A DNA stretch of 64,000 bases from Octopus sinensis (GCF_006345805.1 NC_043022.1:8246001-8310000), one strand, 5' to 3'. Shown: positions 13,461-25,244, counted from the first letter of the stretch. The notes: generated by a model from the sequence alone, not told the origin. Numbers and translations are program-made.

Positions 13461-14055
13461 CTATCTGAGGCTTTATATAGCTATGGTGCAGCCTCACCTG
13501 GAATTTGCATCACCGGTCTGGAACCCCTATCTAGTCTGGAAACCGTTCAGCAATGTGCAACCAAGAGAATACCCTCCATCTAGCATTTGCCATATTCCGA
13601 ATGCCTTACTTCCCTGGGCATGGATGCATTGAAACTCCGATGTCTGGCAACTGACTTGGCAGACACCCATAAAATTATTAACCATCTTACAAACAATAAC
13701 TCTGAGCACCTTTTCAAACTTCACCTGTCTAACACCCGTGGGCATGTTTACAAAGTCAGAAAACAGCACAGCTCCCATGACTATCAGAAACATTTTTTCA
13801 CGCTGAGATTTGCTGAAGCATGGAACAAACTGCTGGCATCAGTTGTTAGTTGTCGGAGCACTGCATCTTTCAAAACTTCCATGCTTCCTGAGATTCGCCA
13901 ACACTACAACTGATTTCCTCCCCTCCATACACACGCAAGCATGTATCTGACTCATACACTGCCCACTTTTCAGACATTTGTACATTACTGCATATGCTTT
14001 ATATGCACTTTTGACAAGCTGTAGTGCATCTGAGCACTGTATACAATAATTTCAT
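13461..14055 (+). mobile_element. CR1-clade LINE 3' fragment (RT C-terminus plus 3' UTR)
   Basis: LYIAMVQPHLEFASPVWNPY...LPYSECLTSLGMDALKLR...NTRGHVYKVRK...FFTLRFAEAWNKL; typical CR1 C-terminal motifs. Confidence 0.85.
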
Positions 14056-14187
14056 CCTTATTGTATTACTTTAATTATGTCCCTACCCTACAGCTTATAC
14101 GTTGTCAATATTCCATGACCTTTTACTTCTCTTTTCCTTCGTATGTAAATCAGTTAGAACACTCACTGTTACAAACAACAGAGAACC

Positions 14188-14352
14188 AGGCTATACTTAT
14201 TACACCAGGTCAAGGATACATTTAGGAATATACAAAGTGGTTTATATAGAGATGATGTTCTCACAACTGTTTTTAATCACTCACCTTCTAAACTTGAAAG
14301 ACTCATGAAAAAGTTACTTGAATTCTTTTGGCTATATAATCTTTCAATGTCA
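14188..14352 (+). mobile_element. Penelope-like element RT fragment (YRDD)
   Basis: Open frame RLYLLHQVKDTFRNIQSGLYRDDVLTTVFNHSPSKLERLMKKLLEFF; YRDD at 14245-14256. Missed by the ORF track because it has no start codon. Confidence 0.75.
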
Positions 14353-14354
14353 TT

Positions 14355-14808
14355 TGAAAGAAATATTGATTTCAAATTTTGGTACAAGGCCAGCAATTTC
14401 GGTAGGTTGAGAGGCAGTAAGTCAATTACATTGACACCAGTGTTCAACTGGTACTTATTTTATTGACCTTGAAAGGATGAAAGGCAAAGTTGACCTCAGC
14501 AGAATTTGAACTCAGAATGTAAAGACAGACAAAATACCATCAAGCATTTAGCCTGGCATGCTAACAGTTCTGCCAACTGGTTGCATTCGAAAGGAATATT
14601 GGTTTCAAATTTTGGCTCAATGCCAGCAAGTTTGGGGGAGGGGATAAGTCAATTACATTGACCCCAGTCTTAACCAGTACTTATTTTATCGACCCCATAA
14701 GGATATAAGACAAAGTTGACCCCAGCAAAGTTTGAACTCAGAATGTAACGTCAAACAAAATACCATTAAACACTTTGCCCAGCATGCTAATGATTCTGCT
14801 AGTCTGGT
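14355..14808 (-). mobile_element. Two tandem family B SINE copies
   Basis: TTTCAAATTTTGG..CAAGGCCAGCAA...GAAAGGATGAAAGGCAAAGTTGACC...TTCTGC occurs twice (about 14355-14582 and 14600-14808). Confidence 0.8.
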
Positions 14809-14954
14809 GCATTTGAAAGAAATTTTAAAATATTTTATTTTCTTGATGTTACATTGGATCTTCAGACCATTTCTAGCTCAATTTGCTCCATGACTGTTAT
14901 CTTATCTCAAGACAATATGTCCGTCCTTTCCCTTCATGGCAAATCATCTTTTTT

Positions 14955-15331
14955 TTTTTTATACTTGTTTCAGTCATTTGACTGTGGCCATGCTGGAGCA
15001 CTGCCTTTAGTCGAGCAAATCAACCCCAGGACTTATTCTTTGTAAGCCTAGTACTTATTCTATCGGTCTCTTTTGCCGAACTACTAAGTTACGGGGACAT
15101 AAACACACCAGCATCGATTGTCAAGCGATGTTGGGGCAGGGGACAAAGACAGGCACACAAACACACATATATACGACGGGCTTCTTTCAGTTTCCGTCTA
15201 CCAAATCCACTCACAAGGCTTTGGTCAGCCCGAGACTATAGTAGAAGACACTTGCTCAAGGTGCCACGCAGTGGGACTGAACCTGGAACCATGTGGTTCA
15301 TAAGCAAGCTACTTACCACACAGCCAATCCT
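14955..15331 (-). mobile_element. Family A SINE, full length, relatively young
   Basis: High identity to copies at 54573 and 58523; CpGs largely retained. Confidence 0.9.
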
Positions 15332-15435
15332 GGAGAATTTTTGATTTTTGAGATTATCTTCCCTTCCCAAATAAATCTAGTCTTGATTGCCATTTGGTCA
15401 TTATGACACATCCTCTAGTAATGGAAATAATATAT

Positions 15436-15654
15436 CCCTTTAGCATTCAGATTACTCTGCTAAATGCATTGTTTATTTATTCGCATTGTTTTTACTTTAT
15501 CATGCATTATCTTGTAGATTTGAGATTTTATGATGTGATTGTTTCTTTTTAGAATGATGTTGTAGGCTAGGTGTAAGCAGCTGGACATGGCTTGCTTGAA
15601 CATGAAACAAGTAGACTATTGTGGCCAGATATGGTTGGTTTAAATACTAAAGGG
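15436..15654. mobile_element. piggyBac-like MITE (second copy)
   Basis: CCCTTTAGCATTCAG ... TACTAAAGGG; body aligns with 5282-5488; TSD degenerate. Confidence 0.75.
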
Positions 15655-15832
15655 TAAAATAAAACAAGAATTTACGTTGTATGACACAATGTACATGTAT
15701 TTGATTATGTTGTTTACAAGCATGTCATTGGTCACTTAGTTATTTCTCTCATCATATATGTATATGTCTGTGTGTATGTGTGTGTGAGTCTGTGTGTGTT
15801 TGTGTGTGAGTATGTATATATGCATACATACA

Positions 15833-15900
<68 letters not shown>

Positions 15901-16129
15901 ATCTATCTATCTATCATAGAAATATTAAAATTACTAAGTCTCTCTAAAGGAGATTACGACAGCGTTACTGGAAATTAATAGTTATCGCCATACTAATATG
16001 GCAGTCTTATAAATATAAGACTAAAGCTGTCGCTGATTAGCTCCATGAGGCCATCGCCTTAAGCTAGCTATTTGACACACAAACTGCGTCCATTAAAAAC
16101 CTTCGAAGAAGGGAGGTCAGCCGCTTCAT

Positions 16130-16205
16130 CCTGCCAGTCAGACAGCTACAGACGACATTTCAGGGTTGTTGCCCCTTATCAATGCAGCGTAGTCAGATTT
16201 GCAGG
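16130..16205 (-). ncRNA. Type-I hammerhead ribozyme, second copy (C>T in stem III)
   Basis: Reverse complement of the 16377-16452 motif with GAAATGTCGTC in place of GAAACGTCGTC. Confidence 0.75.
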
Positions 16206-16376
16206 TGTCGCTACTGATCGTCCCAGTTCGAAGGCTTTATTTACCTAGTTTCAGTGGAATACATCCACTTGTTTTCAATAATAGAAATATTAAAATTACT
16301 AAGTCTCTCTAAAGGAGATTACGACAGTGTTACTGGAAATTAATAGTCAGACAGCTACAGACAATCAGTAGCGACA

Positions 16377-16452
16377 CCTGCAAGTCTGACTACGCTGCAT
16401 TGATAAGGGGCAACAACCCTGAAACGTCGTCTGTAGCTGTCTGACTGGCAGG
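16377..16452 (+). ncRNA. Type-I hammerhead ribozyme (U3-A8 core variant)
   Basis: Stem I GCTGCA/TGTAGC with distal extension to CCTGC/GCAGG; core TTGATAA (16400-16406); stem II GGGG-CAACAA-CCCT; GAAA; stem III ACGTCGT; GTC triplet with predicted cut after 16431. Confidence 0.8.
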
Positions 16453-16899
16453 ATGAAGCGGCTGACCTCCCTTGTTCGAAGGTTTATAATGGACGCAGTT
16501 TGTGTGTCAAATAGCTAGGTTGAGGCGATGGCCTCATGGAGCTAATCAGCGACAGCTTTAGTCTTATATTTATAAGACTGCCATATTAGTATGGCGATAA
16601 CTATTAGTATCTATCTATCTATATATATATATACACATGCACACATATATAGTTAGATAGAGACATAGCTAGATAAATAAATACATACATACCAACAATG
16701 TTTAAACATACATATATGTAAGTGCGAGTGTGTGTATGAATGTATATGTATGTGTGTGTGTGTGTGTAATACATTATGTGTGCAATTATATGTGTCTGCA
16801 TTTGCACGTATAAGTGCAAATGATGAGTGAGAGAGAGAGAGAGAGAGACAGACAGAAACAGAGTTAGGGAGAGAGTGAATGGGGAGACAGAGATAGAAA

Positions 16900-17010
16900 T
16901 GAATAAGAGATTGAAGAAGAAGAAGAAGAAGGAGAAGAAGGAGGAGAAGAAGAAGAAGAAGAAGAAGAAAGAGATGATAATATTGATGATGATGATGATG
17001 ATGATGATGG
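16900..17010. repeat. (GAA)n/(GAT)n trinucleotide tract
   Basis: Seen directly. Confidence 0.9.
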
Positions 17011-17239
17011 CTATGATGGTGATTTTTAGTAAACCGAACAAAGCACAATAAGAGATGATATAAAAACTGTCTAGACGAAAAAAGGTCTCCTCTTTGTATC
17101 ATTTCTTTCTTCTAACGTTTGTCCTATATAAATACATAAAAATACATACATGTACACTTTGATATATAATATATGTATACACACACACACACATATATGT
17201 ATATATGAAGAAACACAAACACACACACATAAAATATAT

Positions 17240-17522
17240 ATGAATGTGTATAAGCATATCTATATATGTGTATGTAATAATATATACATATGTAATATAT
17301 ATATATATATATAATTATACATATATATATATAAATGTATTATATGCATTGTGTATATATAGGTATATATATATATTTGTATATGTAATTTATAATATAT
17401 ATATAATATATATATTATATATATATATGCATATACATATGTATGCATATATATGTAATATATATGTATATAAATATATATATATATATATGCATATACA
17501 TATGTATGTATATATATGTATG

Positions 17523-17564
<42 letters not shown>

Positions 17565-18003
17565 ATGTTTATATATATAGTGACTTACATTTCATTTGTA
17601 CTTTTATCTTTTGTATTATGTTTATAAATTTTTCTTCGTTATTCTTCCATTTTCTTCTCTTCCTTTATGTTTTTTACTGGTATTTCAGGAGTTTATTTTT
17701 GTTTCATTCTTTTTTTAGTTTGTTTTGTTGTTGTCTGTTGTTATTATTGTTGAGATTGTATTTTTTTTTTCTCTTCTTTTGTTCACATTTTTTTTTATAT
17801 ATCCTTCCTGTCTTTCCCTTTTTTTCTGATTCTGACTCTCTGCTACACTTCTCTGTTCCATTGATCGGATCCATCTCAGCATACAATGCAAAAATCTTGT
17901 AACACACACCACATTTATTATATGTATGCGTATATATATACATATATATATGTATGCGTATGTATATATATATTATATATATATATATATATATAATATA
18001 TAG

Positions 18004-18036
<33 letters not shown>

Positions 18037-18232
18037 GTGTATATATATATATGTATGTATGTATATGCATAAAAATATACTTATGTATGTATATATATAT
18101 ATGCATACATATATGTATTTATGCATGTATGTGTATATATATATACATATATATGTATAACAGCTATATACAAGTATACATCTATATATTTACATATACA
18201 TGTGTACATATATATGCACATATATATGTGTG

Positions 18233-18263
<31 letters not shown>

Positions 18264-18280
18264 ATGTTTCCTATACATAT
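17240..18280. repeat. Compound (TA)n/(TG)n low-complexity region
   Basis: Seen directly. Confidence 0.9.
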
Positions 18281-18809
18281 ATGATGCACAAATATCTCTA
18301 CATTTACATACAAACACGCACGCACCTATTGAATTTGTCATACGTATATAGTCTTGCTCTACTCTTGTCTTATTCCTTTCTGATATCTTCTTGGAAATAA
18401 ATCTGGCTTTGGAAAATAATAATGCTACTGGTTGATACACATGTGCGTGTGTGTGTGTGTGTGAATGCACATGTGTGTGTATGTATATCTACACACACAT
18501 ATTTATACGTATATATAGAAATATATACACATGATTCTATATCTGTAAGTGTATATATGTGTGTGTGTGTGTGTGTGTATGCATGAATAAGTTATAAAAA
18601 GAAGTTTAGGAAGCTACTACCTCTGCTGGATACAAAGGTCTTCTTCCTCAGAGTGAAGGGCAGTTTATATGATGTTTGTATTAGAATCGTGATGCCGCAT
18701 GGTAAGAAGACATAGGCCTTGAATGCAGAAAACTTGATAAGACTGGTGAAATAAAGTGAGCATGCTCCATTGGATGTACAATGTAAGCATGCATGAATGA
18801 CCTTGTATA

Positions 18810-19028
18810 CAAGTAGGTGCTGAAAAGTTCGCGACTTTGGGTGAAAGAAAATACAAGAGGATCAGTTAATTATCAATTTATTCAACGTTTTCCCCTCTCA
18901 GATTCATACATATATTGCAGCAGTCCTCATTTTTCCGAAGCCCTGTAAAAAGACTTAGAAGGTTGGGTCTCCTCCAACCAGGTTTTTCAGGATAGACTTA
19001 AAGCCAGGAAATTTTCAGCATCCCCTTG
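18810..19028. mobile_element. Mariner-type MITE (~219 bp)
   Basis: TA|CAAGTAGGTGCTGAAAAGTTC ... GGAAATTTTCAGCATCCCCTTG|TA. Confidence 0.85.
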
Positions 19029-19054
19029 TATATGTGCTGAGAGAAAAAACTAAG

Positions 19055-19300
19055 CATAAGAGTAATCAGATGTGTGCAAGAAAGAAATTTGGCTTGGCAT
19101 GGTCATGTGATGCATATGGAAAAGGACAACAGTACAAAGAAATGCTAACTGCTTAATGTGCATGGAGTTTGGGAAGAAGGAGACCCAGGAAGAAATGGGA
19201 TGAAGTGGATGAAGGCTGATCATGAAACCTTGAAACTCACAGTGAAGATAACAAGGAACCAAGATGACTGGCAGTGTGCAGTTCTTGAGTGGACCTAATT
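19055..19300 (+). mobile_element. RTE-clade RT C-terminal fragment, decayed
   Basis: VQERNLAWHGHVMHMEKDNSTKKC*...RPRKKWDEV...RNQDDWQCAVLE, with frameshifts. Confidence 0.8.
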
Positions 19301-19329
19301 GGAAAAACCAATCTCTGGAAGCACTGTAT

Positions 19330-19397
<68 letters not shown>

Positions 19398-20203
19398 ATG
19401 TGTGTATACACAATAGGGCCCTCTCACCTAGTTTCCTCCTGAAGACACCTCCACCAGCCATCATCTCTCTAACTGCAGCTTTTGCTGTATACCACTAATT
19501 TTTTTTTTGTTGCCTAGAACTGTTTCACTTGATATCCATTCTTCATCCTTATACGTTCCTCTCCACCCACACTTCAAATTGATCATTCCCCTGATCAAAC
19601 AGATTATCTCCCCTTTTCTATCATATATCATCTCTTATATTCCTCCTTCCTCTGCCTACCATATCACCATAACTGTTCTGCTGCTCTTCAACTTGCTGTC
19701 ATTGGACATCTCATCACTTATCCACCACTCACTACATCTGTACCTCAACATTTGCTCTTCATTCATTATATTCATAGCTCCTCTCACGTACTCCAGAGTT
19801 TCCTCTCTGCCTGTATCTTTCTTTCTCTCTCCCATAAAATTTTGTAACCTCTCTACCCACTCATATTCTCAGTTCCTCTGTTCTCTCAATTCTATTTACC
19901 TTATACTTTGAGAGTCCACCCTGATACCTCATCACCATAATTTTTATTTCTTCCTAATGCCACTTTGATTGCTCCATTCTCTCTTCTAATATATGAATAA
20001 CCATATAGCTCCTCTACAGCAAGAAACCTGTTCTGTTTTGGCCACTTCTCTCATACTTTAATCCCACACCTCCAAACATAAAGTTGCCTATCTCCGGACT
20101 CATAGTATTGCAAGCTGCATGGTGACATCACTAGAGCTGGTGGTATGCAAAAAATGGTGTCAGGAAGAGCATCCAGCCATAGAAACTATGCCAATGTAGA
20201 CAA

Positions 20204-20572
20204 TAGGTGCAGGATTGGCTGTGTGGTAAGTAGCTTGTTTACCAATGACATGGTTCCGGGTTCAGTCCCACTGCCGACTAAAGCCTTGTGAGTGGATTTG
20301 GTAGACGGGAACTGAAAGAAACCTGTCTTATATATGTATCTATATGTATGTGTGTGTATATGTTTGTGTGTCTGTGTTTGTCCCCCTAGCATTGCTTGAC
20401 AACCGATGCTGGTGTGTTTATGTCCCTGTTACTTAGCGGTTTGGCAAAAGAGACCGATAGAATAAGTACTAGGCTTACAAAAGAATAAGTCCCAGGGTCG
20501 AGTTGCTTGATTAAAGGCGGTGCTCCAGCATGGCCGCAGTCAAATGACTGAAACAAGTAAACGAGTAAAGAG
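20204..20572 (+). mobile_element. Family A SINE with CORE-region deletion
   Basis: Head GGATTGGCTGTGTGGTAAGTAGCTTG...GGTTCAGTCCCACTGC jumps directly to CGACTAAAGCC. Confidence 0.85.
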
Positions 20573-20947
20573 TATTAATGCATAATGCTGTTTTTTGACC
20601 CATCAGATCCTGTAACATCTTCCTAAACATGGCAGCAAGGAACATGGACATTAAATGATGATGATGGTAATATATGTATATCAGTTCACTCTTAGTGCTA
20701 CTAGTAATATGGTAAATGGTCAGGCCATCAATGACAAAACTGCCAACCTAGTGTATTCCATCCTCCAAAGATGGAATAGATTGTCACTAATATGCTGGTT
20801 GCAGGTAACTGGATTAACTATGCATCTATTCTTGAAACAGCTGTAAGGACAGTCTACATACATTTTCATTTTTGTCTCCCAGTTTTTCGTTTTACCTATG
20901 ATGACATTCCTTAATCTACTATTTACTATCACTATTATGGAAGGCAG

Positions 20948-21115
20948 TTAGCTGACAGCATTGTTAGCTCACGGGACAAAATGTTTTGCAGCATTTCATC
21001 CATCCTTACACTCTGAGCTCAAATTCTGCCAAAGCTGACTTTGCCTTTCATTCTTTCAGAGTCAATAAAATACCAGTTCAGCACTGGGGTCGATGCAATT
21101 CACTTGGCCTTAACC
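20948..21115 (+). mobile_element. Family B SINE
   Basis: GTTAGC...CTCAAATTCTGCCAAAGCTGACTTTGCCTTTCATTCTTTC. Confidence 0.75.
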
Positions 21116-21294
21116 CCAACATAAACACACACACACACATTAATTTTTGTTTTTATGCTGAGTTATAATAAAGACAATTTTGCATTAAACTGAATGATTA
21201 CTCCATACTTTATTTATTACAATTTTACAGGCCAAAACTTCAAAGTTACTGTCATCATCTTTGTTGAAATATTCTATATGTATATATATATCAT

Positions 21295-21430
21295 ATAGAT
21301 GATGACGAGGATTCCAGTTGAATCCGATCAACGGAACAGCCTGCTTATGAAATTAACATGCAAGTGGCTGAGCACTCCACAGATACATGTACCCTTAATG
21401 TTGTTCTCGGGGAAATTCAGTGTGACAAGA
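21295..21430 (-). mobile_element. 'Family D' SINE 3' fragment
   Basis: GACGAGGATTCCAGTTGAATCCGATCAACGGAACAGCC...CAAGTGGCTGAGCACTCCACAGA; matches 63710-63995. Confidence 0.75.
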
Positions 21431-21440
21431 CTGGACCTTG

Positions 21441-21507
<67 letters not shown>

Positions 21508-21533
21508 TCAAAACATTATAGTATATATAAAAC

Positions 21534-21547
21534 AGCAGCAGCAGCAA

Positions 21548-21613
<66 letters not shown>

Positions 21614-21625
21614 CAGCAACAGTAG
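21534..21625. repeat. (CAG)n-(TAG)n microsatellite
   Basis: Seen directly. Confidence 0.95.
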
Positions 21626-21783
21626 CTCTCTATTAGTAAAACCCACAAAGATCTTAATAATCAATACAGAATTGGTAGAGAGAAATTCTGCATAACTTAT
21701 ATATATGTAAGTGTAGATATGCATGCATATGTGTGTATATATTTATATGTATATATATATATGTCCATATGTATATATGTACA

Positions 21784-21822
<39 letters not shown>

Positions 21823-22233
21823 ACATTATATATATATATATATATTATACATATATATATATATGTATATGTACATATATATATGTGTGTGTGTGTATAT
21901 ATATATATGTATATATGTATAGGTATGTATATATATGCATATATGTGTGTATATAAATATATATATATATAGAGTAAAAAGAGTAAAGAGTAATATATAT
22001 ACACATACATAAACGTATATACAAGCATCTATGTATACATAATGTTTTATTACTCAAATTTCTGAACAATTCTCAATAATTCAGTAAATAAACTTGTCTA
22101 AAAGTTTGTCACTCCATCTATATATCTTATCAAACATTCTGCATTGAATTACACCTATACATACATACATACATACATACATACATACATACATACATAC
22201 ATACATACATACATACATACATACATACATACA

Positions 22234-22333
22234 NNNNNNNNNNNNNNNNNNNNNNNNNNNNNNNNNNNNNNNNNNNNNNNNNNNNNNNNNNNNNNNNNNN
22301 NNNNNNNNNNNNNNNNNNNNNNNNNNNNNNNNN
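22234..22333. other. Assembly gap (100 N)
   Basis: Run of N. Confidence 1.
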
Positions 22334-22334
22334 T

Positions 22335-22860
22335 CCTCCCCCTCCCCCTCCCCTCTTCCCCCCTACCCCCCTCTTCCCTCACTCTCTTCTACAACTACAA
22401 CACCATACGACTTTACACATCACATCATATATACATAACAACGTCCAGACCTCTCATACGCACTAATACTCTCTCATCATACCACACACCAACCACTCTT
22501 CTCATACACACACACACACTCTTATGTTGGAGCGAGGTCATTTAACCCTATTATCTCCCCTATTTCGCTCTTGCTTTCGTCTCCGTTTGATCGTTGACTT
22601 CTGGCCAAAATCAGATCGCCATGTTGATTTGCTAGCCTCTGCATGCATTTTTTTCTCTCCTTCTTTCTTGTGTTTCTTCTCTGTGTGTCTTTTCTGTTGA
22701 AGAGCGTAGGCCTCGAAACGTTAAAGACTTGTTTTATTTATATTTCCTGAGCACCATACTAATACAATTGTTTGTTTATTCCACCGGCCCTTCGTCTTTT
22801 TTGTTTTTTTCCGTAACCTGCCTTCGTCTTTTGTCTATTTTCATAAAGCTTCCCGTTATA
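22335..22860 (+). mobile_element. Penelope-like terminal repeat with degenerate hammerhead-like motif
   Basis: GTCTTTT-CTGTTGAA-GAG CGTAGGC CTC-GAAA-CGTT-AAAGAC at 22688-22728, in pyrimidine-rich pLTR-like context. Confidence 0.6.
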
Positions 22861-23429
22861 TATAGTTATATACATATATATACATATATATACATATACA
22901 TAAATATATATATATATAATATATATATATATATACATATAGATATATATATATGTATATATATACTTATATATAATATATATATATATATATTGTATAT
23001 AATATATACATACATATATATGTATACATATATATAAGTGTGTGTGCATGTGTATATATATGTGTGTGTATGTGTGTGTATGTATATTAATGGAAGATCA
23101 CTTGCTTCTCCATCAATGATAAGCATGGCTATTCATGTGAAATGATGCAAGCTGTAGGACACCAAACATCAACAGCTTAAATGCACATTGTGGCCCTGGA
23201 ATTGCATTATCCTGGGGCCTCATCCTATTGAGGGATGTGTGTATGGTTGTGCACATATTGTGCGATTTTGAAACCTGCTTCCCAGTTACATGGGCCTCAG
23301 TCCAACTGCATGGACCCTAGGGCAAGGATCTTGTATTATAGCCTGGTTCTGACTAAAGCCTCTTGCCTGTATTTGGTAGATGGAAGTATTGTGTGTATGA
23401 GTGCACTCTATGTCTGTTTCCTCTTATGT

Positions 23430-23690
23430 CAAGGTTTACTGTCATACTTTGTCATTCATATACACTAACATTGCACATCCAATGGATCACACAAGCTTCA
23501 TTTATTTCCAGCATTCTCAAGCCATTTGCATTCAAGACCCATATCTCAATGCCATGCAGCCTTGCAGTTCTACCACAAATATCATACAATTTGCCCTTCA
23601 CTCCCAGTGATAGTAACTTCCTGAACTTTCTCCGGCCCATTCTTACCCTAAATGCTATACTTTGAAGGAACCACCACCCCTGCTAATTAT
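23430..23690 (-). mobile_element. RTE-clade RT fragment
   Basis: SIAFRVRMGRRKFRKLLSLGVKGKLYDICGRTARLHGIEIW...LRMLEINEACVIHWMCNVSV. Confidence 0.85.
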
Positions 23691-24509
23691 TGCTCCAGTT
23701 CTCTCAGCTGGTAAAAATGAGTGATCTTGTGACAGACCATCAAATCTAGGGATGAGTGTATATACCGGCGAAACTGGGAAGCCAGCCCTATGCTCTTTAC
23801 AGAGTAATACAGACTAGCTAACCTTTATTACATATGAAACACATCGTGCAAAGTCTCTCAAAGACCAGGGGTTTCATAATGTTGGGGATCTTTGAACTGA
23901 TAAATGACAGGAAATCTGGAGGGTTATATAGTATTCAGGGATGTTTTGAGTAGATTTAGGGTTTTCTAATCAAAGACAGGGTTTTGGGTTTGTTTACTTT
24001 CAGCATATTTGTAATTTATTAGGTTTAGTTTTATTTATTTTAAAAATTTAATATGGAAAATTTTGTTTAACTGTGTTTTTGGTTGTGGGTGTGTTTATGT
24101 ATGTCTGTGTATATGTTTGTGTATGTGTGTGCATGTGTGGTGTGTATGTCTGCACATGCTCCTATGTGTGTTGATGTATGTGTTTGTCTTGGTGCTTTTC
24201 ATTGATGTGGCAGGTGTTTGGTGAATTGGAAGCAAATGTAAAAAATTTTCTTCAAAATGAAATTTGAAACATAATTTCCTAAGGGTATGATCAATGTTTA
24301 TGCGAATGTGCATGCGCTTAGAAAATGGTAAATAAGGGTAAATGAAATTTCAATGCATAAAATGACAATTAAGAAACACTACAGATGTGTATTAGGTAGT
24401 GAAGGGAGATGGCTATGGATGGCTCTACAACTTAGACCATTTAAGATGAAAATAACCCAATATTTTTATACTATTATTTATAGCCTTATCTACTTTGAGT
24501 TCCATAATT

Positions 24510-24790
24510 AATAACAATCTATATCATCATCATCTTCATCATCATCATCGTCATCATCATCATTGTCGTCATCATCATCATTCAATGTCTGTTTTCCATG
24601 CTGGCATGGGTTGGATGGTTTGACAGGAGCTGGCCAATTGAAGAGCTGCTCTGGTTCCATGTCTGTTTTGGCATGGTTTCTGTGGTTGCATGCCCTTCCT
24701 AATGCCAACCACTTTGCAAAGTGTACTGGATATGTTTATGCAGCACCAGCATGGGTGCTTTTTATGTAGCACCAGCACCTACAAGTCTGT
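24510..24790 (-). mobile_element. RTE 3' UTR (family C) with expanded (GAT)n tail
   Basis: (CAT)n then TTCAATGTCTGTTTTCCATGCTGGCATGGGTTGGA...GCCCTTCCTAATGCCAACCAC. Confidence 0.8.
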
Positions 24791-25244
24791 AAGATTGGGA
24801 AACGTTTAGCTGGAGAGGGATGCAAGGGACATGCCTTTTATCTTTTACTTGTTTCAGTCATTAGACTGTCACCATGCTGGGGCACCACCCTGAAGGGTTT
24901 TTTTTGTCAAATGAATCAACCTCATAACATCCTTTTTTAATATGTTAATGTTTGTTTTTTGTTTTGCTATAATAAAAACAATTTTACATTAATCAGAGAG
25001 GTTAATCTATACTTTTGTAGAGTACAAGCTTATTCTTAATCCAGAAAATTGTTGACAGTGACTTTGAAGTTTTGACAGTCCAGCGATGGCTTGACTGGTC
25101 AAACCTTTGAAAACACTGTCAACAATATTTTTGTTTAAGAATAAACTTTGTGTGCATGTGTGTGTGTGTATGTATGTGTGTGTGTGTGTGAGTGTGTTTA
25201 TATGTATATGCACACACTCTCACACACACACACACACATACACA

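Larger units (their letters stand above)
15916..16606. mobile_element. Hammerhead-bearing non-autonomous retroelement (365-bp unit with 67-bp terminal redundancy plus 243-bp inverted copy); Penelope-terminal or retrozyme-like
   Basis: Direct repeat 15916-15982 = 16281-16347 (one mismatch); inverted repeat 15976-16218 versus 16364-16606 (few mismatches); inserted in (CTAT)n; no ORF. Confidence 0.8.

Noticed and set aside
19440-20100. Pyrimidine-rich stretch that may be an old LINE on the minus strand
   Set aside because: No diagnostic motif recoverable by eye.
23755-23800. YTGETGK as a GIY-YIG remnant
   Set aside because: The upstream GIY half and the downstream Arg/His motif are absent; likely chance.
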